A stretch of 63,465 nucleotides of DNA, counting the filler, from Dugesia japonica (Eukaryota): the NCBI GenBank assembly GCA_001938525.1. It is 5 parts of 5 records of this genome, joined end to end, with 100 filler letters (N's around TTAATTAATTAA, not from the genome) between each part and the next. Parts side by side here need not be neighbours in the genome. Positions count along the whole stretch, not along the records: positions 1 to 17,108 come from MQRL01645998.1; 4 more parts are not named here. One strand, 5' to 3'. The notes beneath the pieces were generated by a model. It had not been told where the DNA came from. It saw only the letters and a list, made by a program, of their open reading frames with translations, and did no database searches. The position numbers and the translations under genes were made by a program. How positions within the stretch are numbered: position 1 is the first letter of the stretch; the number at the start of each line of letters is the position of its first letter. Shown one piece after another: positions 1 through 12,080 of this stretch.

Positions 1-774
1 AATTAGTTAGGGCGTAAAATTTGTTCAGTTTTTTTGTGAGAGTTTTGGTGTTGTTTTTAACTAAAATCAGGATTATTTTTATACGGTTTCTGATGCAACC
101 CGGCATCATTGTCATTGGGTACTATTTTTAACTTGAAATCTTGGATTTTTATTGGTGTTGGTGTCATGTTTCCAAANNNNNNNNNNNNNNNNNNNNNNNN
201 NNNNNNNNNNNNNNNNNNNNNNNNNNNNNNNNNNNNNNNNNNNNNNNNNNNNNNNNNNNNNNNNNNNNNNNNNNNNNNNNNNNNNNNNNNNNNNNNNNNN
301 NNNNNNNNNGATGGTGGTAAGATTTTCTTCTTAACAAATTTTAATGCTTCTTGTTATTTTCATTCTGAATTTTCTTACCCGGATTCTCACTGATTTTCCT
401 GAACGGAGTTATTTGGGTAAAACAGATTTTTTAACTAATTTTACTTCTTTTTATTTTAAAATTAATTAATATTTTTTCTGTTGATTGATTGTTTTCCCAT
501 AATGATTTTCTTGATTTTTATTATGAATTTACTAATTCTTTTGAATTCCAATACCGATGTAAGTTAGTTTTATGTCACCCGGTTTGTCATATCCATTTCC
601 AATTCTTTTCTAACAGTTATTTCATTATAATCTTCCTAGATCATAATTACTTTTCCTTTTTGGATTTCATTAAGGGTAAAAATAATCGTCCTGCCGTTCT
701 TCTATGCTGATTTTGGGTTTTATGCTTTATTACCTTCCTTTTTTTGTTTTTAAAACGATTGTTTCACCCCAACA
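1..774 (-). mobile_element. 5' part of long LTR (copy A), minus strand, running off the window start
   Basis: Reverse complement begins TGTTGGGGTGAAAC at 774, the same terminus as 13055. The rc of 60-175 (caccaataaaa...cccaatg...gggttgcatcagaaaccgtataaaa) matches the promoter at 22690-22780 (caccaatgaaa...gccaata...gggtgcattcggaaaccgtataaaa). Spans an N gap. Confidence 0.7.
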
Positions 775-1676
775 TATATATTAATCATAAAATGATAATT
801 TTTATTACTAATCTTAAATAATGTTTAAACTTCTCCTGACTCGATAATTGAATGAAATAAAATATCTTGATTATATAATGAAACGATAAAAGGTAATTAA
901 CCCTATGAGAAGTTGTGATAAACGCGAGGTGTTTCCTATCGAAAAGGAATTGTTTGTACATAAGGTTTTGGGTAACAATTCTAATATATAAGATATTTTT
1001 GTTTTAATGAATGTAACAATAAATTAGAGATTATGATTTGTCTTGAATTATTACTTTAGGAAATCGAATATAATTTTAGGATTATTAATAATTATAATTT
1101 CAATAAATCTGGTTAATATTTCGGGATACTTTTATTTAGTTACCATTTCTCTATTGTTAACTTATAGATATTTGTAATAATTAATTATTTTCGGTTAGAT
1201 AAAATATTTAAATTATGATTTTAATTATTATTTTTGATTAGTTTATTGATATTTTGAATAATTCTTTTGGTATTATGAAATGTTTTAATTAAATGTTTTC
1301 TGTTTAAATTTTGATAAGGAGCTCATCTTATAATATACTATTGATTAACAATATGATAATTGATTTTGATCGAGATTTTAAATAATGATTTAAACTGAGT
1401 GCTGTTACTTAAAACCTAGCTTAATAATAATAGACGCATAGCGAAGGAGGAAGTAGAATTCCCTGAAAACAATAAGATATGAAGTTGTCACCGAGGAATT
1501 CTAACTCCTGTTTCGCTGAAGTAATGAAAGGAGAGATCAATTGTAGAGTAAAGGAATTAACGATTTCATGCAACTGTTCATTATTTAAAGAGAAATTGTT
1601 TAGATGTCGAGAAGAATAAATATAGCAGAGGCCCCGAAATCGCTGAATAGATGATCGTTTACTTCCGGAAATTGTA

Positions 1677-2084
1677 ATGAGATTGCCGGTCCTATATGAT
1701 TCATGGGGTGAAGCAGGAACAGATCGAGACCCCTGGTGGGTAACTAAAGATAAAATACGAATAAAAGCCATCGAAATCCAGGAACAAAAAGAGGAGATAC
1801 TGAGGCTGAAAGCTCATGTTAAACAGTTACAAGAGCAGCTTAATGACCAGCAGAAGGATCGACAACAACAGAACACCGCACTAACAGATTTGTTGTCTCG
1901 GGCCAAGGATCATTTAAGACGAGCTCCAACCATCACGGATCGTCAAACGGTGCTGAAGAACAATCTCCTCACCCATAATCAGGCTAATAGAAGAATCTGG
2001 TAACAAATAGAACATGCGATGCCTGTGCTTACAGCCCATTTAGAGACGCTGGAGACAGAGGAGGTAGTGGAATTGGAAGTGTGA
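1677..2084 (+). pseudogene. Coiled-coil ORF in LTR copy D (in-frame stop at 2001-2003, frame continues to ..EEVVELEV*)
   Basis: Heptad-like IEIQEQKEEILRLKAHVKQLQEQLNDQQ; more GC-rich than the flanks. Confidence 0.45.
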
Positions 2085-2366
2085 TAATGTGTATTATTTA
2101 ATATATTTTGAAAATGTCGTTGTTAGCACTTACTGTGAATTCACATAAACTATAAATGATTTAAAATAACAGAATTAATTAAACGATAAACGATGCAAAT
2201 AAAATGTTTAAAACAAACAGGTCAAAGTAAATTGAAATATGATGAAATTAAATAATCCACTAAATAAAGCAGTTTTATCGAAGCAGCCACTCGAAACTAA
2301 ATTATTATAATCATAGCACATATTTGCAAATTAAATTAACATAAAAAATTCATGAATTATTTAGAT

Positions 2367-2714
2367 ATGTCAACCAGGATCACAAAACCTACAAGAGAAG
2401 AGTTGTTGATCAAACAGCAGAATACTCAGACAGAGATCAAGAGATTAAGGAAAGAGAATCGTAAATTGTGAGAGTTGGCAGGTGAAACTAAGATGAAGTT
2501 GTCCACATTGAAAGAAAAATTGAGTGTGGGTAGAAGAAGGGAACTCACACTCATAGCTAATAATCGGATGATGGCGGAAATTATTAAGGATTACGCCGAT
2601 CGAGAATCCGCAGTGCTAGGAAATGTTCGAATTCTATGGAGAGAGTATCATACTCAGAGCGTCAACGACCAAGAAGAAACCATCACGGATAAAACCATAT
2701 TCGGTTCACCATAA
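2367..2714 (+). pseudogene. Coiled-coil mini-ORF exon MSTRITKPTREELL...FGSP (one internal TGA)
   Basis: Acceptor ttatttAG at 2363-64, ATG at 2367, stop 2712-14, AATAAA 2725-30. Confidence 0.55.
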
Positions 2715-4376
2715 ACAGCGATTGAATAAATACTAATTGAGTTCAATGTTGTTTTCTTTCTCTTCGATTTAGAACGAAAATAAGAGGCAGTTTCAACCAG
2801 AACTTTCTGTCAGGAATGGGGGATCGTGATGTAAGAGAAGACATCACAAATTTCTGTGGTTACTAGGTATCATCCCCCAGACAATCGTTTCTTTTAAAAA
2901 CAATATAGCATTAAAAATTTAGATACGCAGGAGTGAATATAGTTAACATCAAAAACCTATTAACTCAACATATGTTTGATTTCAATTTAATTGTTCAAGT
3001 TTTTAAGAACTTATTCTACCACAGATTCACTTATCAGAATAACTCCACATCATTTGAAATAAATTGTGAATTTTTCTTTGATAAATTCCAATTCATACTT
3101 TTCTATGGGTGAAACACCAGATTGAAGAAGAAAATATAACCAGGGGCCCAAACGTTTGTCATTAAGAAAACGTAATATGATACGGAGGAGCTAATTAATA
3201 ATAATTTCGATTTCTGAAATAAAGTACACATAAATAATCGAAAAAAGATCAGAAGAAATACGGTAATGATCGGAAAGTGATAAAGATATAGTAAAAGTAA
3301 TAATAATCGACTGCAATTATGGAAATTATAATTTATATAAATGAAATATTACTAAATATAATTAAAAATAATGAAAGAAAATTAATAAATTATTTAAAAA
3401 AAGGAGAATTAATTATGAAAAAATACGAAAAAGACTGATAACTTGGCTCTAGAACAACAAAAATCATCATATTGAGTAACAATAATCGATGCTACTCCAT
3501 CAACAAAATCGCTCGCGTCGCCGTGATCTTTACTGTATTTATTATTAAAGTAGATAGTGATATTAATTTTATATTAATGATTCTATTATTCATATTAATA
3601 AAATATTACACGACGATTAATATCGTGATTAAATTCATTGTGAGTTATTCCCAATAATCAGAACTTGTTCATTGTGGTGTCCGAGATTATTTCTAATCAT
3701 CTTTTCCTTACTACGACTAAAATTATTAACAATTAGTAGGTCTATTCTTGCCACCGTACTCACTATAACCCTGACGTTTGCATCACATATACGGTCATAG
3801 ACATTAATTTTATTAAATGGCATGAATGTTCGAGGTCACTTGCTATCGTTAAATGCCATTTATTGTACATTTAAATTAATCCAATTTAACACTAATATTC
3901 TCCTTGAGTATGTAATTAATATTTCCTTCAGTGACTGATTAATTATGATTAGAATACTGATCATTATCATTGTTCGGCTAGCCCTATTCATTCGATATTA
4001 TCTCACTCTCATCTATAACTAACTCAATAAAACTCTATTATTCCGAGTCACATCTTTTATTGGTCGACACATAAGCGTTTATCTTGTTTATGTTATATTT
4101 AGTGAAATGGTTTACCAGACGAATAAATAATATCGCTACTGTCTTTATTATAATTGGTTGACTGTATTCCAATTACATCTTTTGAATTAAAGAAGAGTTT
4201 AGCTATGTCTATTTCACGGTTATGAATTCTTTGCTTTGATGTGTTATTGCGATAAATTAGCAGCACGCATCCCGTGCTCGAACTTACGAATTATATAAAA
4301 ATTCACTCCCCATTTGAGCTAGATAATTATTTTTGAGAACTTTATATTACTTTGTTTTTAATCTCTCACCATTTAG

Positions 4377-4589
4377 GATCACGCCTGCAGAATTGTGTAC
4401 CGCGTTGCGTTTAATTCGTAATGAGAGAAAGTCGGCCAGCCTAAATCTAATCATAGGCCATTTACTTTTCCCGAAACTAGTAGAGCATCCTGATAAAACA
4501 GACTTAACTGCATCGAGGAGAGGTTTCCGCTAAAATTTGCGGTTGATATGAATGATAACTAGTTTAATGATTATAATTTTTCGAATAAA
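4377..4589 (+). pseudogene. Cassette exon alpha, copy D (ATG decayed to ACG, frameshifted)
   Basis: PAELCTALRLIRNERKSASLNLIIGHLLFPKLVEHPDKTDL aligns with 24489 MSAELRKALRLVRKQRKTSQLRQLLAHILSRSKVEHPDETDL. Acceptor 4375-76, AATAAA 4584. Confidence 0.65.
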
Positions 4590-4658
4590 AATTGTTATTA
4601 GTGTTATTTGCTGCATATTTATCTATATTGACTTATAACTAATTATTGGTTTCTTCAG

Positions 4659-4989
4659 TGTCCGACTATCGCTGGCGTTTGGTTTTAGACGAAAATATGA
4701 ATCGAATGGTTTTCCAACGTCAACGAAATCTACATAACAGTTGTGCCGATATTTTAGCGGACCGTTCAAACGTGTCCCTCGCTAAAGAAGCCAAGCCTTG
4801 GCACCTCGATACCGTTGAGCGCCGCGCATATCAGAATTGGCCCACAAAAAGCCGGAAGAATACGAGAATGTCCATTCCCCTTCCTCACCTACTTCATCTG
4901 AACTAGAGGTGTTCATGGATGACTTGTTATGGAGTATTAGAAACTCCAATATTAAATCCTAATTTTTCTTGCTTTATTAGTTCAATAAA
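4659..4989 (+). pseudogene. Cassette exon beta, copy D
   Basis: cAG|TG TCC GAC TAT CGC TGG. SDYRWRLVLDENMNRMV..ILADRSNV..WHLDTVERRAY aligns with 24830 MDYVWEILLYVRTNKIV..VLRDNSNL..EWDAFERNTY. AATAAA 4984. Confidence 0.6.
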
Positions 4990-5171
4990 TCTTTATATTT
5001 AGTGTTCAAATAAGCGTTAATTAATTAAGATTTGTTTGATAGAGATTAGATTAAATACTTATGTTATTCGTTATTGAGATAAGTTTGTAAAAAATTGCGT
5101 TATGATAATACAGTATATACTCCTTATGATCTTAAATCGTCACCCTTGTTAATTTGTTTCTCTATCTTTAG

Positions 5172-5531
5172 TGAATTCTTCACGCCATCGATCCGTGGCT
5201 CATCCCAAGAAGGTGCGATACAATAGTGAGAATATATAATTTACCTGGGAGGTCTACTGCCACCTCCAACGCCAAAGTTAAGCGGTATAAAAAACGTTGT
5301 GCTGAATACCGTCTCAAAACAGAAGCCTCTAATATGCAGGAGAGAACTTAGAAAGGCCAGTTGGAAGACTTCACCAACATAATTCAGTCCTTACATGAGA
5401 AGGAAGGTAAATTAGTGACCAACATCATGTCATTACATAATCGCATTCCAATAGACACTCTCTACATCGATAAATCAACCCAAACTCTCACTCTCCAAAA
5501 CTGATGTTGAAATAGTGTAAAATGAAATAAA
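5172..5531 (+). pseudogene. Cassette exon gamma, copy D (coiled-coil, degenerate)
   Basis: tAG|TG AAT TCT TCA. AKVKRYKKRC...ERT*KGQLEDFTNIIQSLHEKEGKLVTNIMSLHNRIP..DKSTQT aligns with 25431 SKVKRYKTKC...DRVWKGQVESFTEIIRSSQDRENKLVDDILTLKEKIP..DKGIQA. AATAAA 5526. Confidence 0.7.
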
Positions 5532-5624
5532 ATTTTGTAGAATTAAACTCTCATTCCGGATTTATAACTTAAAATTTTTGAGCTTGTTCTTTTATAATTT
5601 AACTATGACTGATGAATAAATTGT

Positions 5625-7870
5625 TATAAAAAAAGCTTTATTTAACAATACACTTGGATGACTAGTCCATGGTTTAAGTCCGAGCAAGTATAGACAAGTC
5701 TGTAACCTAAACCTTTTTCTTTTATCAATTTAACTTTTTTTCAAACAGCCAAGTTCCAACAAATCTAGCTTAAACATCATAAAAGAGCAGTACAATCAAT
5801 TGTATTGTATCTGGCCTCGTTGATCATATGATCCAGAAAAATGCGATTGCTGGTTTTGATGACTTTTCTATAAGAGCAAGTGCAATATGCTTTATTTCTT
5901 TGTTGTTGAGTCTAATTGCCTTGAAAGCTCTTTGGTTTGCTGGATCCCACGATCCCAAGGTACAAAAAATTATTGCATCTAGTGTAACCTCTTTGCGGTA
6001 CTTGGCCCCAAGATCCTTTCGAATTTGCTCATATTTGATTTGGTTATCTATTCTAACTTTCTTGAAGCCTTCAATAGAATCATAAAGTACTTTGACATCC
6101 AAAATGTGAATCTTGTTGTTCCTATTGCTTGTAATAACCAGATCCGGTCTCAGCTTGGTTTCAAGGCCTTGAGGTTATCAATCATACTGTACGTCAAAGT
6201 CCCATTTTCTGAATATTAAGGCCGTCTTTTTCAGAATTCTGTTGTTTTTATTGTACTTCTGGATTTTCATGACTGGGAAGTGATTAAAGATGTGCATTTG
6301 TGTCTCTTCATAAGTACCACACTGTCTGCAATGAGTAGTCAAATTCATTTTAAGCCGATAAGGGCTGTAGTTAGTGCGGAGAAGGTTGTTTCTTGCTCTT
6401 ACAATAAATAAGAAATCCTTCTCTGTGACATTGATTTTTTTCATGAATTTGCTACTATAATCAAAAGCAAGAATAGTATTTGCGACGAGGCCTTAAGTGG
6501 AGAGTTTGAACCAATGTTGATAGTAATTAAAACCAATCTTTTTGTGTAGGGCCTTGAAGATCATTGATTTGAAGTCATTATTGAAAATGATACTTATTTG
6601 ATGAGTATAATAAGCCAAGCCAGTAAGACGTAAGGAGATAAGGTTTTTATCTCTATAAAAAGTGACTTTTAGCTTATGGGCTTCTTTGAGTCTGTTGACG
6701 GCTAATCTAACTGTAGTCCACCGGGAGATGACTACATCAGCTTTGTCCCGAGAGATAATGTTGTAAACACAGTCGAAACATTTGTCCAAGGATAAGTTGA
6801 CCACTTTACGAAAGCGATGTTTACCAGTAAGCTCTAATTCGCTAGTGGCAAATTTTCTGAATATTTCGGTGTTGGAACTTAGTGTTTGTATCAGTCCAAA
6901 TCCACCAAGATTGGATGATAAGTACAGGAAAACATTGTCATGGCTGGTATTAGGAGCCTCAGTGATTTCTTTAATCATTTTCTTGATGATTTGGTCATAG
7001 CCAGGTTGANTTTCTCCTTGTCAATAATAAGAAGTTTTTCTCCATAAATTTGAATTTCATTAGAGATGAATTGCCGGTTAGAAGTGAAGTAGCCACATTT
7101 GCTGAGTATGAATTTAAATTGACAAATCTCAGAGAGACCAACTATATGATTTATTATTGCAGCACTCTTTCATTGGTTATTTGTCATAAGTACGAGATCA
7201 TCAGCATATGTAAGTATGGCTGTATTAAAACCAGAGTTTATAAACGGAAACTTTGTTGCAGTATCCTTGATTAAGAAGTCAATAGTAAGGCTGAATAGAG
7301 TCATTAACATAGGGCATCTTGCTTAACACCTTTGCGAATTGCGATATCGCCAGTGTTGATATCGAGACAGCTGTAACTAGTATATACATCAGTGTAGAGA
7401 TCTCTATGAAAATGAATAGTATCACAGTGAAGACCCATTTTCTTGAGAGTATTCCATAGTAATTCATATGAAAGACTTCGAAAAGCATCAGCAAGATATA
7501 GCCAAGTCAGATAAAGATTTGGTTTTTTTCTTACTGCTTTTTCTTTGATTATTTGGTGTTGTGAACAGCCATGGAAGACATTGACAGCATTCTGAGTAAT
7601 TGAGAGAAGGCATCCGTTCTTTATCCATTGAAGGAGACTGTAGTTCATATATAATTGCAAAGATTCTGTATGAGATGTCTAGAATAGCAATTAGTCTCTA
7701 TGATAAAAAAATGTGAGAATCGTCTTCCTTTCAATGTTTGAGTATAAGAGTTGTCTGAAAGCGTTTTCATTGGTTTCGGATATCCTTTTGTTTAAGAACA
7801 TTGTTAAAGAGTTCTTTAAGAAAGCTATGACTATTGTCTAGTTTGATCCAGTCTGAGTAGCTGATCTTGT
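5625..7870 (-). mobile_element. 5'-truncated NeSL/R2-type non-LTR retrotransposon (RT + CCHC + restriction-like endonuclease), degenerate
   Basis: RT motifs (WLYLADAFRSL, RKGVKQD, GGFG), CCHC-like HCRQCGTYEETQMHIFNH, RLE RPDLVI..ILDVK, and TLGSWDPAN. Short 3' UTR with AATAAA near 5640 on the minus strand. Confidence 0.85.
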
Positions 7871-10800
7871 CAAATTTCACATCTTGGTTCACTGATGTCG
7901 ATATTGATTGCTATCTTAGCAAACATATCACCAATACTCAAGTTAAANNNNNNNNTCCTTGCATTGTTCAATTCATAATTGCATATTATAATAAACCTAG
8001 TACACTTTCCAGAGTTAATATTTCGAAAGCTAAAACTATTCTTTGTCTTGTAAATATTGAGAATATGCATTGGATTCTATTTGTCTGTCCTATTCAACAA
8101 ACTGAAAATAACTCATTTAATAAAATAATCTAAGAAAAACTTAAAACAGTTTTCAATTTCCTATCTACTATTGAAGCTAAACTAGTTCATCATTCATTGA
8201 AAAACTTACAAGATCAGTACAACAACTATGATTTGCGGGGCATTCACTTGTNNNNNNNNNNNNNNNNNNNNNNNNNNNNNNNNNNNNNNNNNNNNNNNNN
8301 NCCTATGCAATTCTTATACACAATAAATTAAGATCATTACCAGAAAACGTTATCAACGATATTCGTACAGAAACTTATCAATTAAAAATTAAAAGTGTTA
8401 ATAATAAAACAACAGAAAATAATGGTGGTGGTATTCCGATAATTAAACCCAACAAAAACAACTTAAAAACTAACAACTCCTCTAATAAAGATCGGGACTA
8501 CCAAACTCTGCAAAAGATGAAGCCTTGCATAATGACTCTACTTCAATATTGGTACCTCAAACATTTAGACTTGTTAATCTTATCTGAAGATCTAACNNNN
8601 NNNNNNNNNNNNNNNNNNNNNNNNNNNNNNNNNNNNNNNNNNNNNNTAAACATAATTTCCAATAATAACTCGTTCATTATTGATAATGTGTCTTTTAAAG
8701 ACTTTGTAAATGTTGAAAACTTAATTTGTGTTATTCCAAATGTTGATTATTGGTGGCTATTAATCTACTCTTTGAAACTTAAAGTCTGTCATATCTTTGA
8801 CTTTTGTAATGAACCTGTTTTGGATCGTCTAAATGCTATTGGAAAAAATAAAACTGACTACCTTAACGTATTTTTCCTTCAAAGGTCAATAAAATACAAA
8901 TGTGAACATGGTTTCAATCTAATTAATTTCTCTTCAACTGATCCAATTTACTTTGCAGCTGTATTTATTGTGCAAACAGAAACGATGTTGTTCAATTGCA
9001 GAATTAACAATACAATTGTGTATGATTCATTGCATGAACTGAATGAAAAAGTTCGTGACGCTATTACACCTTCTCTTAGCTTGATTAATGGCAACATAAA
9101 CGATAAAATTAGTCAAATGTATTTCAACGTCCTCAATTTGCCGATCACGTCTATGCTATTGAGAACTACATTGTGTACTGCAATCATAAAAAACTCATTA
9201 GAATACTTAAAGGATTTTCTTGACATCGAACAAGTCTGTTCAGCAACAAAAATTTTTCGCAGTTAAATTTTCTTTTAAATTTTAATGCCCGTTTTTTTTA
9301 AAAAAGTTTTATGCCCGTTTTTTAATTTCTTTTAAATTTTTATGGCCGTTTTTTAATTTCTTTTAAATTCGGAAAATATTCTGAAGATAAGCTTCAAATC
9401 AAATTTGCATAAATCATATATAAGCAAAAATCAAAACAAGACTGAATCAAATAAATATCAGCTCAGATTTCCATTTTTGACTAACATGAAACGGACTGTT
9501 ACAAAAATATTAAACAAAAACAATATACAATGTAATTCAAATCTTGAAGACATTCTCAGTCATTTTAANNNNNNNNNNNNNNNNNNNNNNNNCTGGGATG
9601 TCATATTAAAAAGCTGCAAAATATCAGACATGCAAGTAAGCTTCGAATCAATTAGCGAAAACGAAGTACTCAAAGATATCAAAAAAGCTGATAATTCTTG
9701 CCCTGATCAAGATTGAATTTACTATAGAGATATTTTGCGTTATTAGATCCTGAAGGCAAAGAACTCACATTACTCTATAACAGAATATTTGAATCAAAAA
9801 CTATTCCCAATAGCTGGAAAACTTTCAAAACAATTATTATTTACCCAGGTAAAGAAGGTCAATATGAAAAAATCTCATCATGGAGACCAATTACACTACT
9901 CTCTGTCATTTAAAAACTATTTGCTGTTATTTTAGCAAGGCGACTAAGCTGCTGAGTAAATTATAACAATCTCTTACACGTCAATCAAAAGGAAGATTTG
10001 GAATTTTAGAGGTTCATTGAACACAACTCAATTCTAACAGCTGTCTTAGAACACACTAAATCTGGTAAAAATCGTCCAATTGCGATTGCATGACTTGATA
10101 TAAAGAATGCTTTTGGTAGTGTTCCACACTGTTACTTATGGTCATTGCTACAATATATTGGAGTTGAAAATGACTTTGCTAACATCCTAGAACTCTTACA
10201 CTCTAATACATCCTCATTCTATACTTGTAGTTCAATAGTCACAACAAATATTCCAATCAAGAGAGGAGTCAAACAAGGCTGTCCATTACCTATGATTCTA
10301 TTTAATTTGGCAATAAATCAAATTCTCCAATCAATTTCTGCATCCGACACAAAACTTTATCTGATAGGTTAATCAAAAATTCAGATTCTTGCATTTGCGG
10401 ATGATTTGGCAATCGTTGCAACTAATACTGAATACCTTAATAAAATAATAAATATAGCAATAGAAACTGCAAGAATCCTTAAATTTGAATTTCGTTCTGA
10501 TAAACGAGCTTATATTCAACTACCTCAAACCAATTTCACCAGCAAAATCTCTATAAATGATAAGAAAATTAAAAAATTAGCTACAAAAAAATTTTATCAA
10601 TATCTTGGCGTTCTGATCTGAGATAGAAATGACCAAAGTACTTTTGAGAAGATACAACAAGTCATTGATGATTTAACAAAAATTGCTGATTCAAACTTAC
10701 TAGGATGGCAGAAGCAAAAGTCATACAAAGTATTCCTACATTCTAGACTCACATTTAAATTCCAAACTCGCGAAATCAAATTAGCGCCCTTAGCAATCCT

Positions 10801-11850
10801 CAGAATAATCCAAATGTCAGTAACAACAATATAAACAGTATATAAATATATACTGTATATAGTATATAAACAGTATATAAACAATATAAACAATAACAAC
10901 AACCAGTAAAGTTTGTTTCCAAACTAAAGCCATCTCTAAATGAATGTCTCAAATGGATAAATAGGAAAAAATCATTGAAAAACTCAAATGCAAAGAAAAC
11001 GCACTTTCAGCAAATAAGAACTGCAATGAATTTTTCATGAGGATTCATGATACAGATATATCGTTTAATGTACTTAATAAAGAAATAGTCCTTTATATGA
11101 TAAACAAGACAAGAGGAACCTATATTATTACTCATACCTCTCGTAAAGAAATTTCAAATATCATTCACAACCTACACTTTGATTCATACGCTGAAAATGG
11201 AAAAAGAGCAAAGTAAGCAACTTGATATTCACAACCATTCAATTGAGCCCTATTATTAATAAAATGATTTTCAAAAGTGACCTCAATGAATTTTAGTGAA
11301 ATTTCATTCTTAGTGCACAAAGAATTTCTCTATCAATACGTGGTAGATCCTTTTATGAAATAAAAAACTGTCGGCGCTGTTTTACTGAAAATGAATCTTT
11401 ATCAAATGTTCTTCAAAAATGCAAAATGAATCAGGCAATAGCAACTGAAAGACATAATGCTTGCCTTGATATTATTGTCANNNNNCTTAAGACCTCAAAT
11501 GCTATTGTTGAGGTTAATAGAATAAATAAATATATTTCAGATTCTAGGGAAAGAGTGGATGTTACAGTAATTAATGTTGAAAAAAACAATATATCTAATT
11601 GACGTCAAATGTCCAATAGACTCCAAAAAGAATTTTGAAGAGTGTAACAAAAAAATTCAGAAAAATATGATCTACTAAGAACTAAAGTGACAATAGCAAA
11701 GCCTGACTTTGAATTAGAATTACAAACTTGCATAATTGGATCCCTTGGCTCAATTCCAACCACAACCATCCGAATTCTAGAAATAATTATCGAAAACAAA
11801 AATATAATTAAAAAAATATTAAAAGAGTGCTCCAAATCAAATATAGCCTN
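7866..11850 (+). mobile_element. NeSL-clade non-LTR retrotransposon with N-terminal Ulp1/C48-like protease domain(s), degenerate
   Basis: WFTDVDIDCYL, HWILFV and QDQYNNYD(fs)CGAFTC (Ulp1). RT motifs WRPITLLS, LDIKNAFGSVPH, GVKQGCPL, LAFADDL, YQYLGV. CRRCFTENESLSNVLQKC zinc knuckle, RVDVTV..IDVKCP endonuclease, IIGSLGS. Confidence 0.85.
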
Positions 11851-12080
11851 NNNNNNNNNNNNNNNNNNNNNNNNNNNNNNNNNNNNNNNNNNNNNNNNNN
11901 NNNNNNNNNNNNNNNNNNNNNNNNNNNNNNNNNNNNNNNNNNNNNNNNNNNNNNNNNNNNNNNNNNNNNNNNNNNNNNNNNNNNNNNNNNNNNNNGTTAT
12001 GTTTAATAAATTTTATTATTATCAATAATAATATGACTCAACATCGGTTTCCTCACTATTTCTAGAACCCATGATAATTT

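Larger units (their letters stand above)
1400..5620 (+). mobile_element. Interior of long LTR (copy D) with array of degenerate short terminal exons
   Basis: Exons at 4377, 4659 and 5172 are protein-level homologues, in the same order, of exons at 24486, 24828 and 25431 in copy C. No terminus is visible, and the 3' side is interrupted by the NeSL element at about 5625. Confidence 0.65.

Noticed and set aside
5625-11850. Single element with a twin-priming inversion
   Set aside because: Both halves contain their own, clearly different RT and endonuclease sequences.
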